DNA of 35,145 bases from an uncultured Verrucomicrobiota bacterium (lineage in GTDB: Bacteria; Verrucomicrobiota; Kiritimatiellia; SLOV01): the NCBI GenBank assembly GCA_964611475.1, contig CAZTAB010000145.1, positions 1 through 35,145 of the forward strand, written 5' to 3'. The position numbers were made by a program, and so were the translations under genes. The notes under the pieces were generated by a model that was not told where the DNA came from, did not search any database, and was given only the letters and a program-made list of their open reading frames with translations. This document shows positions 17,571-25,956 of this stretch, piece after piece. Positions within the stretch are counted from its first letter, which is position 1, and every line of letters begins with the position of its first letter.

Positions 17571-18536
17571 ATGAAGCCAAAAGTATTAGTCACCATTGGA
17601 GCCCCCGCGGAGTGCCTGTCCGCATTGGACGATGTCGCCGATGTAGAGCAATGGGAAGCCGGCGGAGCGGCGATCCCGCGCGCAGAAGTCATGAAACGCG
17701 CATCGGCGCTGTCCGCAATTCTTTCACAGGGGGAATTGAAGATTGACCTCGAACTCCTCAATGCCGCGCCGGACTTGCGCATTGTAGCCAACGGGTCGGT
17801 CGGGTTTGACAACTTCGACCTGGCATTGATGACGGAGCGGGGCGTGTGGGCGACCAATGCCCCCGATTCCTACACCGATGCAACCGCCGACATGACACTC
17901 GCGCTGCTTCTCGCACACGCCCGCTCGATTCCAGTTCACGACCGGAGAATCCGGGACGGGGGCTGGACCGAGATGCTGGTGGGACCATTTGACGGAATGC
18001 TGCTGAAGGGAAAGGTTCTTGGCATCGTCGGCTTCGGAAGAATCGGGAGGGCGGTGGCAAAGCGGGCGGACGCATTCGGGATGGAGGTGTTGTTTTACGA
18101 CCGGTCGGCCGAGAATGACGGGCGATCCCGGCCGCTGGACGACCTGCTCGAATCGTCGGACATCGTTACGGTCCACGTACCCTTGACCGCGGACACCCAC
18201 CACCTCTTCAACACGGCTCGATTTCGCCGGATGAAAAAAGGCGCGATCTTCATCAACGTTGCGCGCGGACCGGTCGTGCACGAGAAAGCTTTGATCGACG
18301 CCCTGCAAAGCGGGCATCTGGCCGGCGCGGGCATAGACGTGTTCGAAGACGAACCTCACGTTCCCGATGCGTTGCGGGAACTCGACAACGTCGTCCTCAC
18401 TCCACATCTTGGCGGCTGCACCCGGGAGAGCCGGCAGGATTCCCGGTTGCTCGCAGCTTCCAACATCGCGGCGGTTCTGCGGGGCGCTGCACCCCTCACG
18501 CCGCTGAACAAACTCCCGGTGCCGCCCGGGAACTGA
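17571..18536 (+). CDS. D-isomer-specific 2-hydroxyacid dehydrogenase (glyoxylate/hydroxypyruvate reductase-like)
   Basis: GKVLGIVGFGRIGRAVAKR NAD motif, then NVARGPVVHEKALIDAL...AGIDVFEDEP and the LTPHLGG catalytic His region. Start taken at ATG 17571 (MKPKVLV). Confidence 0.9.
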   Translation: MKPKVLVTIGAPAECLSALDDVADVEQWEAGGAAIPRAEVMKRASALSAILSQGELKIDLELLNAAPDLRIVANGSVGFDNFDLALMTERGVWATNAPDSYTDATADMTLALLLAHARSIPVHDRRIRDGGWTEMLVGPFDGMLLKGKVLGIVGFGRIGRAVAKRADAFGMEVLFYDRSAENDGRSRPLDDLLESSDIVTVHVPLTADTHHLFNTARFRRMKKGAIFINVARGPVVHEKALIDALQSGHLAGAGIDVFEDEPHVPDALRELDNVVLTPHLGGCTRESRQDSRLLAASNIAAVLRGAAPLTPLNKLPVPPGN

Positions 18537-18540
18537 GAAG

Positions 18541-19599
18541 TCAGCGAGTCAACAGATCGCGCCACATCCGTTCGTACTCCGCAGCCATGTGGTCGACATG
18601 ATACTCGGCCAGAAACCGCGACCGCGCCTCGGATCCCATGTCGGACAGCACACCTGGATTCTCCACCAGGAACCGGATTTTTTTCGCCGAAGATTCGGGC
18701 TCGCTCACGTCGACCACATACCCGGTTTTCCCGTCCAGAACAATTTCCCCGCCGCCGCCACGATTCGATGCCAGGGCCGGAATGCCGGCACGTAGCGCTT
18801 CGACCAGCACATTCGGCAGCGGATCGAACCCGGTCGAGGCATGCACAAGAAGATCAATGCGCTGGAAGATTTCCCCGGGATCGCAATATCCCTCAAGAAA
18901 AACGGTCCCCGGAAAGTCGGAGTTCAGCCGCCGGGCGGAAACCTCCCACTCCGGAATGGTCCGACCAAACAGATGCCATGTGGCGTCCAAACCCTCCAGC
19001 AGGCGGACCCAGCGTTCCACGACCTCGAATCCTTTCCAGGCCGCATACATGCCGAGGAACCCGATGCGCACATGTCCGGTGGATTCGCGATGCACCGCCC
19101 GATCCACCAGGCCGGAGTGAATCGTGTGAATTCGGGCCCGGTATCCAGCAGATTTGAATTCGTTCGCCATGGCGTGGCTGACCACGACGGCGGCGTCCAT
19201 TCTTTCCGCGGAGAATCGCATGAGATTGCGGCGGAGGGCGCCGTGAAACTCCGCGCGCGGATGATCCAAAAACGTGCCGCAAACAGGCACCTTCAGCCGC
19301 CGCCCAAGCCATGCGGCGGGATCGAAGGCGCGGCTGTTCCACGCATGGACAAGACCCACCCCATCAAGCTGATCCCGCAACCCGTGTGCCGCCCGGAGGT
19401 TGGGCAGAATCCGGTCGGATGGAGCCGGGAAAGGCACCGTATTGTGGCCCAGTTCTCCCGAGACCCGAAGCACGCGCGAAGACTCGGGAGCGACCACACA
19501 GGCCTTGCCAAGGTCATCAGGCCAGGCCGCGAGCAGATCGACGAGGTTGGTCTCGGCGCCAAACCCTTCGTCCTGCGCAACTGACAATATACAAATCAT
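18541..19599 (-). CDS. Glycosyltransferase family 4 (GT-B, group 1)
   Basis: The C-terminal half carries the EX7E-type region FDPLPNVLVEALRAGIPALASNRGGGGEIVLDGKTGYVV. N-terminus MICILSVAQDEGFGAE. Last gene of the minus-strand operon. Confidence 0.9.
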   Translation of the reverse strand: MICILSVAQDEGFGAETNLVDLLAAWPDDLGKACVVAPESSRVLRVSGELGHNTVPFPAPSDRILPNLRAAHGLRDQLDGVGLVHAWNSRAFDPAAWLGRRLKVPVCGTFLDHPRAEFHGALRRNLMRFSAERMDAAVVVSHAMANEFKSAGYRARIHTIHSGLVDRAVHRESTGHVRIGFLGMYAAWKGFEVVERWVRLLEGLDATWHLFGRTIPEWEVSARRLNSDFPGTVFLEGYCDPGEIFQRIDLLVHASTGFDPLPNVLVEALRAGIPALASNRGGGGEIVLDGKTGYVVDVSEPESSAKKIRFLVENPGVLSDMGSEARSRFLAEYHVDHMAAEYERMWRDLLTR

Positions 19600-19615
19600 G
19601 AGGGGATCAAGCGCA

Positions 19616-21133
19616 TCATTCCGGGGTTACATAGGACGCGGTGATTCCGCCGTCCACCAGAAAATCGGATCCGGTAACAAAACTCGATTCGTCGGACGCC
19701 AGGAAAAGGGCCGCACTGGCCACTTCACGGGCCTCGCCGAATCGCCCCATCGGAATGTGCACGAGCCGGCGCTGCTTCTTCTTCTCCGTATCCAGGTAGC
19801 TCATCAGCAACTCGGTTCGCAACGGTCCGGGACAGAGCGCGTTGACTCGGATATTTTCCCGCGCGTGGATCACGGCCAGTTCGCGGGTCATGGCCAATAC
19901 TCCGCCTTTGGACGCCGTGTAGGCAATTTGAGGCGTTGCCGCGCCCATCCGCGCCACGAAAGAGGCGGTATTGATGACCGAACCGCCTCCAGCACGGCGA
20001 AGGGCGGGGATCCCATGCTTGCACCCATAGAAGACGCCCTTCAGGTTCACGGCGATCGTCCGGTCCCACACCTCATCTTCGGTCTCCTGGGCATTCCCAT
20101 CGTCGCCGGACATGATGCCCGCGTTGTTGAAAAGGACATGGAGCGCACCAAACACCCGCTCCGCCTCCGCGATCATGGCCTCGCAATCCTCCACGCGGGA
20201 AACATCCGCCCGAAAAAATCCGGCCGTCCCCCCCTCCCTTCGAATTTCCTCCGCCACGCTCGTCCCTGCGGCATCCAGCAAATCCACGATGAGAACAGAC
20301 GCTCCTTCCGCCGCGAACAGCCGCGCGGACTCCCGGCCGATTCCGTTTCCCGCCCCCGTGATCAGTGCAACCTTGTCCCGCAACCTCATGAGACATTCTC
20401 CTCCGGCTTCGCTCCTTCCCCCCGCAAGGCACCCGGATGTTAACGCCATTTTGACAAGCCAGTCAAAGAGTCGCTGCTGTGTCGGATCCCTGTCCGCGGT
20501 GAGTTCGGGATGCCACTGGACAGCCACGAGATTCTCCTTGCCCCGGACTTCAAAGGCCTCCGGAACGGAGTCGGGCGCACGCGCCACAATCTCAACTCCC
20601 TCCCCCATGCGGTCGACCGCCTGGTGGTGCCAGGACATGGGATGAACCCGGGTTCGGCCCATGATTTCCCCCACGCGCGCGCCCCGGGACACCTCGACCT
20701 CGTGAAGTACCGGCTCCCGCGGAGGCAATCGGTGCAGGGTTCCCTCGCCGTACACGTCGGGAATGTGCTGCGTGAGGGTAGAGCCCAGCGCAATATTCAC
20801 GATCTGACTGCCGCGGCAGATGGCAAGCGTTGGCAGGTGCCGCTCGAGAGCCTCCCGGGCCAGAACAAGCTCCATGGTGTCGCGTGATCCGTCGACCATG
20901 TAATTGGTTTCATGGGCGGCTCCACCGTATTGCGCGGGATCGATGTCGCCTCCGCCAGCAAGGATCAATCCGTCGATACGTGCCATGATCTCGTCCGGGC
21001 GCGTTTCGCCCGGCGGCAGAAGCACGGCCGCGCCGCCAGCGCGACGAACGGCATCCACGTATTGCGCGGGCAAACTGAAAGCGCCCGAGCGGTCCGGGGC
21101 ATAGGTCGTGATTCCGATGAGAGGAGCTGTCAT
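19616..21133 (-). CDS. Single 505-aa ORF joining a PuuD-like class I glutamine amidotransferase (peptidase C26; about 21133..20390) to a classical SDR oxidoreductase (20389..19616)
   Basis: GATase half: LAICRGSQ nucleophile elbow, SWHHQAV, WHPE. SDR half: VALITGAGNGIGRE (TGxxxGxG), NAG, YTASKGG (YxxxK). No in-frame stop lies between them. An internal GGAGGAG (revcomp of 20398-20404) lies 8 nt before the internal ATG 20389..20387 (MRLRDKVAL). Confidence 0.85.
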   Translation of the reverse strand: MTAPLIGITTYAPDRSGAFSLPAQYVDAVRRAGGAAVLLPPGETRPDEIMARIDGLILAGGGDIDPAQYGGAAHETNYMVDGSRDTMELVLAREALERHLPTLAICRGSQIVNIALGSTLTQHIPDVYGEGTLHRLPPREPVLHEVEVSRGARVGEIMGRTRVHPMSWHHQAVDRMGEGVEIVARAPDSVPEAFEVRGKENLVAVQWHPELTADRDPTQQRLFDWLVKMALTSGCLAGGRSEAGGECLMRLRDKVALITGAGNGIGRESARLFAAEGASVLIVDLLDAAGTSVAEEIRREGGTAGFFRADVSRVEDCEAMIAEAERVFGALHVLFNNAGIMSGDDGNAQETEDEVWDRTIAVNLKGVFYGCKHGIPALRRAGGGSVINTASFVARMGAATPQIAYTASKGGVLAMTRELAVIHARENIRVNALCPGPLRTELLMSYLDTEKKKQRRLVHIPMGRFGEAREVASAALFLASDESSFVTGSDFLVDGGITASYVTPE

Positions 21134-21142
21134 GACGGATGC

Positions 21143-22126
21143 TCACTCCCCCCTCTCGTACCCGCCCGGACTGTCCTTCCGGATCGAGGTACGCAAGCCC
21201 TCGGATACATCATCCAAACGTTCAAGAATCTCCTCGCTCATCATGATGGCGCCAGCCGCCATGTCCTCCCTCGCATGCTCCGGCGTGTCCGCGCCTATAA
21301 TCACGGAGTCCACTTCATGATGCAGGCACCATGCCACCGCAAGTTGCGAAGGTGAATGCCCGGTTTCCCCGGAAAGATCCAGAAGCGTTTGAATGACATC
21401 GCGGACCCGGGGCGTCATGGCGGCGCGAAAGTTATACGGCCCTTGATGCCAGGGTGTGCCTGCCGGCGGCGGCTTCCCATACTGATACAGGCCGGCAAGC
21501 AGGCCGATGGCAGTCGGGGCAAAAACGGTCACCGCGACCTCCCCAGCCTTGCACGCCTTCACCAATCCCCGCTCGATGCCCCGGTCAATCAGGTTGTACT
21601 TGACCTGGTTGCAGACCGGCCTGGTCAAGTGTTCCGACGCGCAACACCGCAACACATTCTCCATGCGCCAGGATTCGTACGAACTCAATCCGTTGTATCG
21701 AATCTTTCCCTGGCGGACCAGCTCGTCCATGACATCCGCGGTTTCCTCGACCGACGTGTTTTCGTCCGGGCAGTGGCAGATGTACAGGTCAATGCGGTCG
21801 GTGTTGAGCCGCTTCAAACTTTGCTCAACCGAACGCAGAATGCCCGTCCGGGACAGTCCCCCGGGGTTGTTGTCCGAGGGCATTGCGCTGCCGACCTTGC
21901 TGGCGATTATGAATTCGTCCCTCCTCTTTTCAAGGGTTCTTCCGACGATTCTCTCGGACAGCCCGTCCCGATAGATATTGGCGGTATCGATAAAATTGCA
22001 GCCGGTTTCCGCGGCCGCATCAATGACCGCAGCACAGTCCGCTTCCCCACGCTCCGATCGAAACGCCGTGCCAAGGCAAACGCGGGAAACCCTCAGGTCG
22101 GTGCCCGAAAACATGGTGTACTGCAT
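21143..22126 (-). CDS. Aldo/keto reductase family oxidoreductase
   Basis: 327 aa. N-terminal LRVSRVCLGT, then FIDTANIY...GLSE..VG. The AKR pattern holds throughout. Its stop lies 9 nt before the next gene's start. Confidence 0.92.
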   Translation of the reverse strand: MQYTMFSGTDLRVSRVCLGTAFRSERGEADCAAVIDAAAETGCNFIDTANIYRDGLSERIVGRTLEKRRDEFIIASKVGSAMPSDNNPGGLSRTGILRSVEQSLKRLNTDRIDLYICHCPDENTSVEETADVMDELVRQGKIRYNGLSSYESWRMENVLRCCASEHLTRPVCNQVKYNLIDRGIERGLVKACKAGEVAVTVFAPTAIGLLAGLYQYGKPPPAGTPWHQGPYNFRAAMTPRVRDVIQTLLDLSGETGHSPSQLAVAWCLHHEVDSVIIGADTPEHAREDMAAGAIMMSEEILERLDDVSEGLRTSIRKDSPGGYERGE

Positions 22127-22349
22127 TCCGGCATCATACGGTGTGATTGTCTTTTTTCAATCCACCGTGCCGGCGGCGCGCCGCGGCGACCGATTCTGGC
22201 GCGGGATTTTGCGCGCCCGGCTCATTCCATCCCTCCCGCTCCGCATGGCGGGAATGCGGGGAACCCGGGGAGGCAATTCTCCTCGCTCCGCTTTGGGTGA
22301 AATGGTAGGAGTGGGGTGACAGAGCATCAAAAAATGCAGGAGCAACGCC

Positions 22350-23330
22350 ATGACACCCGAAGAGATCCTGAAACATAAGCCCCGGGTACTGTCGCAGGAT
22401 CAGCGCGAATTCTATTTTGAGAACGGCTATCTCCTGATTGAGAAGGTCATTCCGCAGGAGTGGATTGATCGTCTCATTGAAGTGACCGATGCCATGGTCG
22501 ACCAAAGCCGCGCCCTCGACAAGTCCGACGCGATCTTCGACCTCGAACCCGGGCACACGGCCGAGAATCCCCGGCTTCGCCGCCTCTCCAGCCCGGTCGA
22601 GCACCATCCGGTCTACTGGGAGTACGCCTCGGAATCTATCCTCCCAGACATTGCGGCGGATCTGGTCGGTCCGGACGTGAAGTTTCACCACTCCAAGCTG
22701 AACTTCAAGTGGGCCGACGGGGGGGATGAGGAGAAATGGCACCAGTATATCAGCTATTGCCCGCACACGAATTACTCTCCACTCACCATGGGCACCCTTC
22801 TCCACGACTGCGGGCCGGACCAGGGGCCCCTGGGGGCAATCCCCGGGACGCACGAGGGCCCTCTGTACGATCAGTACAATGCCAGGGGACAATGGGTAGG
22901 ATGCCTGAACGACGACGATCTGACAAAGGCCGAGCCTTCCAAGGTACATTACCTCTGCGGTCCCGCGGGGTCCGTGACCATTCACCATTGCCGGGTGGTT
23001 CACGGATCGGCCCAGAACAAATCTGATCTGGGGCGCCCGCTCCTCCTGAACGTCTTCTCGAGCGCAGACGCTTTCACCTACACCTACAATCCGCTCAATT
23101 CGCGGCACGACGGAACAATCGTTCGCGGGGAACCAGCCCGCTGGGCGCACCACGATCCCCGGCCCTGCCTGCTGCCTCCGGACTGGTCCGGGGGATATAC
23201 CTCCCTCTACGCATTGCAGCAGGAAGAGGAGTGGGAAGAAAACCAGCTCAAAACCATCGAGGAACAGCACGCCCGGATCGGAAAGGACGACAAACCGACC
23301 TGTGACCCGGAAGCGCAGATTGCGGAGTAG
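22350..23330 (+). CDS. PhyH family protein, paralog 4, with Tyr in place of the iron-binding Asp (W-H-Q-Y)
   Basis: AGGAG 8 nt upstream of the ATG. N-terminal QREFYFENGYLLIEKVI. KWHQYISY...LLHDCGPDQGPLGAIPGTH aligns residue for residue with paralog 5 (PWHQDFAY...ALHDATIENGCMDIIPGSH). Distal His is in RVVHGSAQN, followed by Arg. Confidence 0.88.
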   Translation: MTPEEILKHKPRVLSQDQREFYFENGYLLIEKVIPQEWIDRLIEVTDAMVDQSRALDKSDAIFDLEPGHTAENPRLRRLSSPVEHHPVYWEYASESILPDIAADLVGPDVKFHHSKLNFKWADGGDEEKWHQYISYCPHTNYSPLTMGTLLHDCGPDQGPLGAIPGTHEGPLYDQYNARGQWVGCLNDDDLTKAEPSKVHYLCGPAGSVTIHHCRVVHGSAQNKSDLGRPLLLNVFSSADAFTYTYNPLNSRHDGTIVRGEPARWAHHDPRPCLLPPDWSGGYTSLYALQQEEEWEENQLKTIEEQHARIGKDDKPTCDPEAQIAE

Positions 23331-23335
23331 CGAGG

Positions 23336-23527
23336 ATGACCGGGTCAAAAATCAAAGTTACCTTCGAGATCCATGCGGATTCCTACGAACTCCTGAAGAC
23401 CATTCGGGACCGGTACGGACTGCCAGACACGTCCAAGGCGCTTCGCTGCCTGCTTGCCTATTCGGCCTCCGACGAATCGGATTGGGACGACATTTTCAGG
23501 AAAGTCCGCTGCCTCCGTTGCGGATGA
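23336..23527 (+). CDS. Small (63 aa) hypothetical protein, ribbon-helix-helix-like N-terminus with a C-terminal CxxC
   Basis: GGAG 8 nt upstream of the ATG, which starts 5 nt after the PhyH4 stop. KVTFEI (strand), ADSYELLKTIRDRYG (helix) and DTSKALRCLLAY (helix) fit the RHH pattern. Ends ...VRCLRCG. Codon third positions are GC-biased like the neighbouring genes. No similarity was confirmed. Confidence 0.45.
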   Translation: MTGSKIKVTFEIHADSYELLKTIRDRYGLPDTSKALRCLLAYSASDESDWDDIFRKVRCLRCG

Positions 23528-23552
23528 AACAACGTATCGGCAGGGCATCCGC

Positions 23553-25862
23553 ATGAAATTTTCCGAACAAGCAGACCACGTCCGTCACCTGGTGGACACC
23601 GAGCACTTTCGCAACCGGAGGCGCGACGGGGAAACAAGGGGCGACGGGGAGATTGAGCTGACCGCAGACTGGGGCGCCCGCTACGAGGGCGAGCAAACTC
23701 CGCTGGGGGAACGCACCGTGTCGGATTTCCGCCGATTCTGCGCGTCGGCCATGGGGGTCAAGCTTTCGGCGGACGATGCGGGCTCTCCCTGCGTTCGCTG
23801 GAGCACAGCTTCCACCGGGCGCAACTTCGACCGGCTCGATCCGGCGTTCGAATCATTCGAGATTTCGATCAGCAAAACGGAAATACTCATCGCGGCGCGG
23901 CACGAACGCGGGCTCCTGCACGGCACGCATTATCTCGAGCGCATCATGTCCGACCGGGGGGGACCGTTCCTGTCACTCGGACACAACGGGCGAAGCCCCG
24001 CTTTTATGCCGCGAATCTCGAACAGCATATTCATTGACGCGTGCCAGGAGGTTACGGACTCCGGCCAGTTCAGCGACGAGTACCTGGGCTTCATGTCCCA
24101 TTTCGGCGTGAACGGGATTCACCTCTTCACGCGTCTCTGGGACTTCTGTCGCAGCGAAATTCTCCCCGAGTTGAACACGCCCGATTTCAACCGGCGGATA
24201 GACCAGCTCAACCGGCTGTCGGCCCGGACGCAGCAGTGCGGGATCGACCTGTACCTGTGCATCTTCTCCCCTCCCCTCCCGGCCTCCCTTCCCGTGTTCC
24301 GGGCACATCCCGACGTGCGGGGGGCTTCCTCTTTCGCAATCCTGGAGAGCAATGAGAATCTGCATTGCCTTTGCAGTCACCAGGAGGGATCGCTACGGTT
24401 CTTCGAGGAGTCCATCATCAACATTTTCAACGAGGCCCCGGATCTCGCCGGGATCGTTTCCCTGGTGGGCGGCGAGGGGTTCTTTCACTGCTTTACCCGC
24501 CCGGTCACACCCTATTCCGGCAACTCAAGTTGTCCGGCGTGCAAGGACATCGATCCTTCCGAAGGCGTGGCCACCCTTGTGAACCGTTGCGCCGGCGCCC
24601 TCAAGAAAACGGGAACCCACAAGGTCTACTTCGGGTGGCCCTACAGCGCTTTCACCTGGTCGGGTGAGGACAAGTCCCAGCAGAAATTCCTCGGGCTCCT
24701 GAACGATGACGTGTCGGTCGTTTCCAATTTCGACACCGGCTCTCCAGACAAGGTCAATGGTGACGGCGCACATCTTTTCGACTACAACATCAAGACGATC
24801 GGACCGAGCGACGCCTACGATCGCCAGCGGTCCCGCCTGGCGGCACTCGGGAGACCGATCTATGCAAAAGTCGAAACCAGCGTGACCCCCCATGCTCACT
24901 TCGTGCCCTACATCCCGGTTCACCACCGCTGGCACCGTCGGGCCCTGGCCATGCGCGCGGCTCCCGTCGCGGGGTTCATCGGCCAGTGGCGATTCTACGG
25001 AATGAACGGGTCTCTTCCGGAGGAATTGCAGTACCGCGTGACCTGGAATCCCGAGGAAAAGACGGACGACGCGCTGCGACAAATCGCCATTCGCGACTTC
25101 GAAATCCCGGAGAAAGAAGCCCGTCATGTCGTCCAGGCATGGGAGCGACTGAGCACCGCCTGGGACGACTTCCCCTATTCAGCGATGCTCAGCGGGGAGC
25201 GTACCAACTACTTCCGGGGGCCCCTCTACATGGGACCGGCGCATCCGCTGATTTTCGATCCCCAGAAGTCGTATGGCCTGAGCCCGGCGTTCAGGAAGCT
25301 GCGTCCCGACGCGGTGGAAGGTGGTCCCGTGGAAAACGAGGAGGAACATATCGCCAACGCGCACCCGCATTACGTGGACCAATTGATGTTTGTCCTGCCC
25401 TTTGGGGAAGAGCGATTTCTCGAGCTGATCGGACGATGTCGATCAGGCTGGGAAGAGGGGCTTTCCGCGTTGCATGAAATCCTGGACCGCAGCCCGACGT
25501 TGCGGGCGGAACTGGAGCTGGGCGTTTGCGTAATGGTCCACATTCATCTCGCGTCGGTGGAAAATGTCGCCCGCTTTTACCGGGCGCGCGACAGGACTTG
25601 GCGGGGACATACCGACCTGGCCACCTTCGAAAAAGACATTGAAGAGCTTCAGTCGATTGCCGCCGTCGAGATCGAAAATGCAAGGAAAAGCCTTCCGATC
25701 CTGGAGCGGGATCCCAGGATCCCCTTCAATTTCTGTTACGGGAACCCCTACACCGCGAGCATGGTAAGGGAGAAAATCAAACAGTGCGAATTCGTCATGA
25801 ACGAGGAATTGCGGATATTCAGGCAGGACGTCCGCTTCCACATCTGGCAGGAGTTTCCGTAA
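23553..25862 (+). CDS. 769-aa hypothetical protein, possibly a glycoside-hydrolase-like enzyme (GH20b/GH67N-type N-terminal module plus barrel); function unknown
   Basis: Long uninterrupted ORF with genome-typical codon bias. IAARHERGLLHGTHYLERIM resembles the G.(F/L).G..(T/Y)L motif ending the zincin-like N-domains of GH20/67/89 enzymes. It is followed by alternating strand/helix-like segments (VNGIHLF..., IDLYLCIF...). The call is weak and memory-based. No signal peptide. Confidence 0.7.
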   Translation: MKFSEQADHVRHLVDTEHFRNRRRDGETRGDGEIELTADWGARYEGEQTPLGERTVSDFRRFCASAMGVKLSADDAGSPCVRWSTASTGRNFDRLDPAFESFEISISKTEILIAARHERGLLHGTHYLERIMSDRGGPFLSLGHNGRSPAFMPRISNSIFIDACQEVTDSGQFSDEYLGFMSHFGVNGIHLFTRLWDFCRSEILPELNTPDFNRRIDQLNRLSARTQQCGIDLYLCIFSPPLPASLPVFRAHPDVRGASSFAILESNENLHCLCSHQEGSLRFFEESIINIFNEAPDLAGIVSLVGGEGFFHCFTRPVTPYSGNSSCPACKDIDPSEGVATLVNRCAGALKKTGTHKVYFGWPYSAFTWSGEDKSQQKFLGLLNDDVSVVSNFDTGSPDKVNGDGAHLFDYNIKTIGPSDAYDRQRSRLAALGRPIYAKVETSVTPHAHFVPYIPVHHRWHRRALAMRAAPVAGFIGQWRFYGMNGSLPEELQYRVTWNPEEKTDDALRQIAIRDFEIPEKEARHVVQAWERLSTAWDDFPYSAMLSGERTNYFRGPLYMGPAHPLIFDPQKSYGLSPAFRKLRPDAVEGGPVENEEEHIANAHPHYVDQLMFVLPFGEERFLELIGRCRSGWEEGLSALHEILDRSPTLRAELELGVCVMVHIHLASVENVARFYRARDRTWRGHTDLATFEKDIEELQSIAAVEIENARKSLPILERDPRIPFNFCYGNPYTASMVREKIKQCEFVMNEELRIFRQDVRFHIWQEFP

Positions 25863-25956
25863 TGGATACGGATCCTTTTCTACTCGCAGAATTGGAGTCC
25901 CGATGTCTACTGTCTACGCCACCTTGGAAAACCGAAACCGGAGAAGGAGAGAACGA

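Noticed and set aside
22134-23348. 404-aa minus-strand ORF. Similar long ORFs lie antisense to real genes at 919..1863, 2188..3063, 4095..4775, 12734..13471, 14542..15723, 17724..18407, 18841..19584, 19400..20443, 21356..22300, 26543..27487, 28206..28904, 29453..30112, 31314..32174 and 32974..33756.
   Set aside because: Each lies antisense to an ORF with clear family motifs. Their translations are Arg/Pro/Gly/Ala-rich with no recognisable domains. Long stop-free shadow frames are expected in GC-rich DNA.
23336-23527. The RHH-like small ORF as the antitoxin of a toxin-antitoxin pair.
   Set aside because: No small toxin-like ORF (RelE, ParE, PIN or MazF size and motifs) lies adjacent on either side. 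The flanking genes are a 326-aa oxygenase and a 769-aa orphan.
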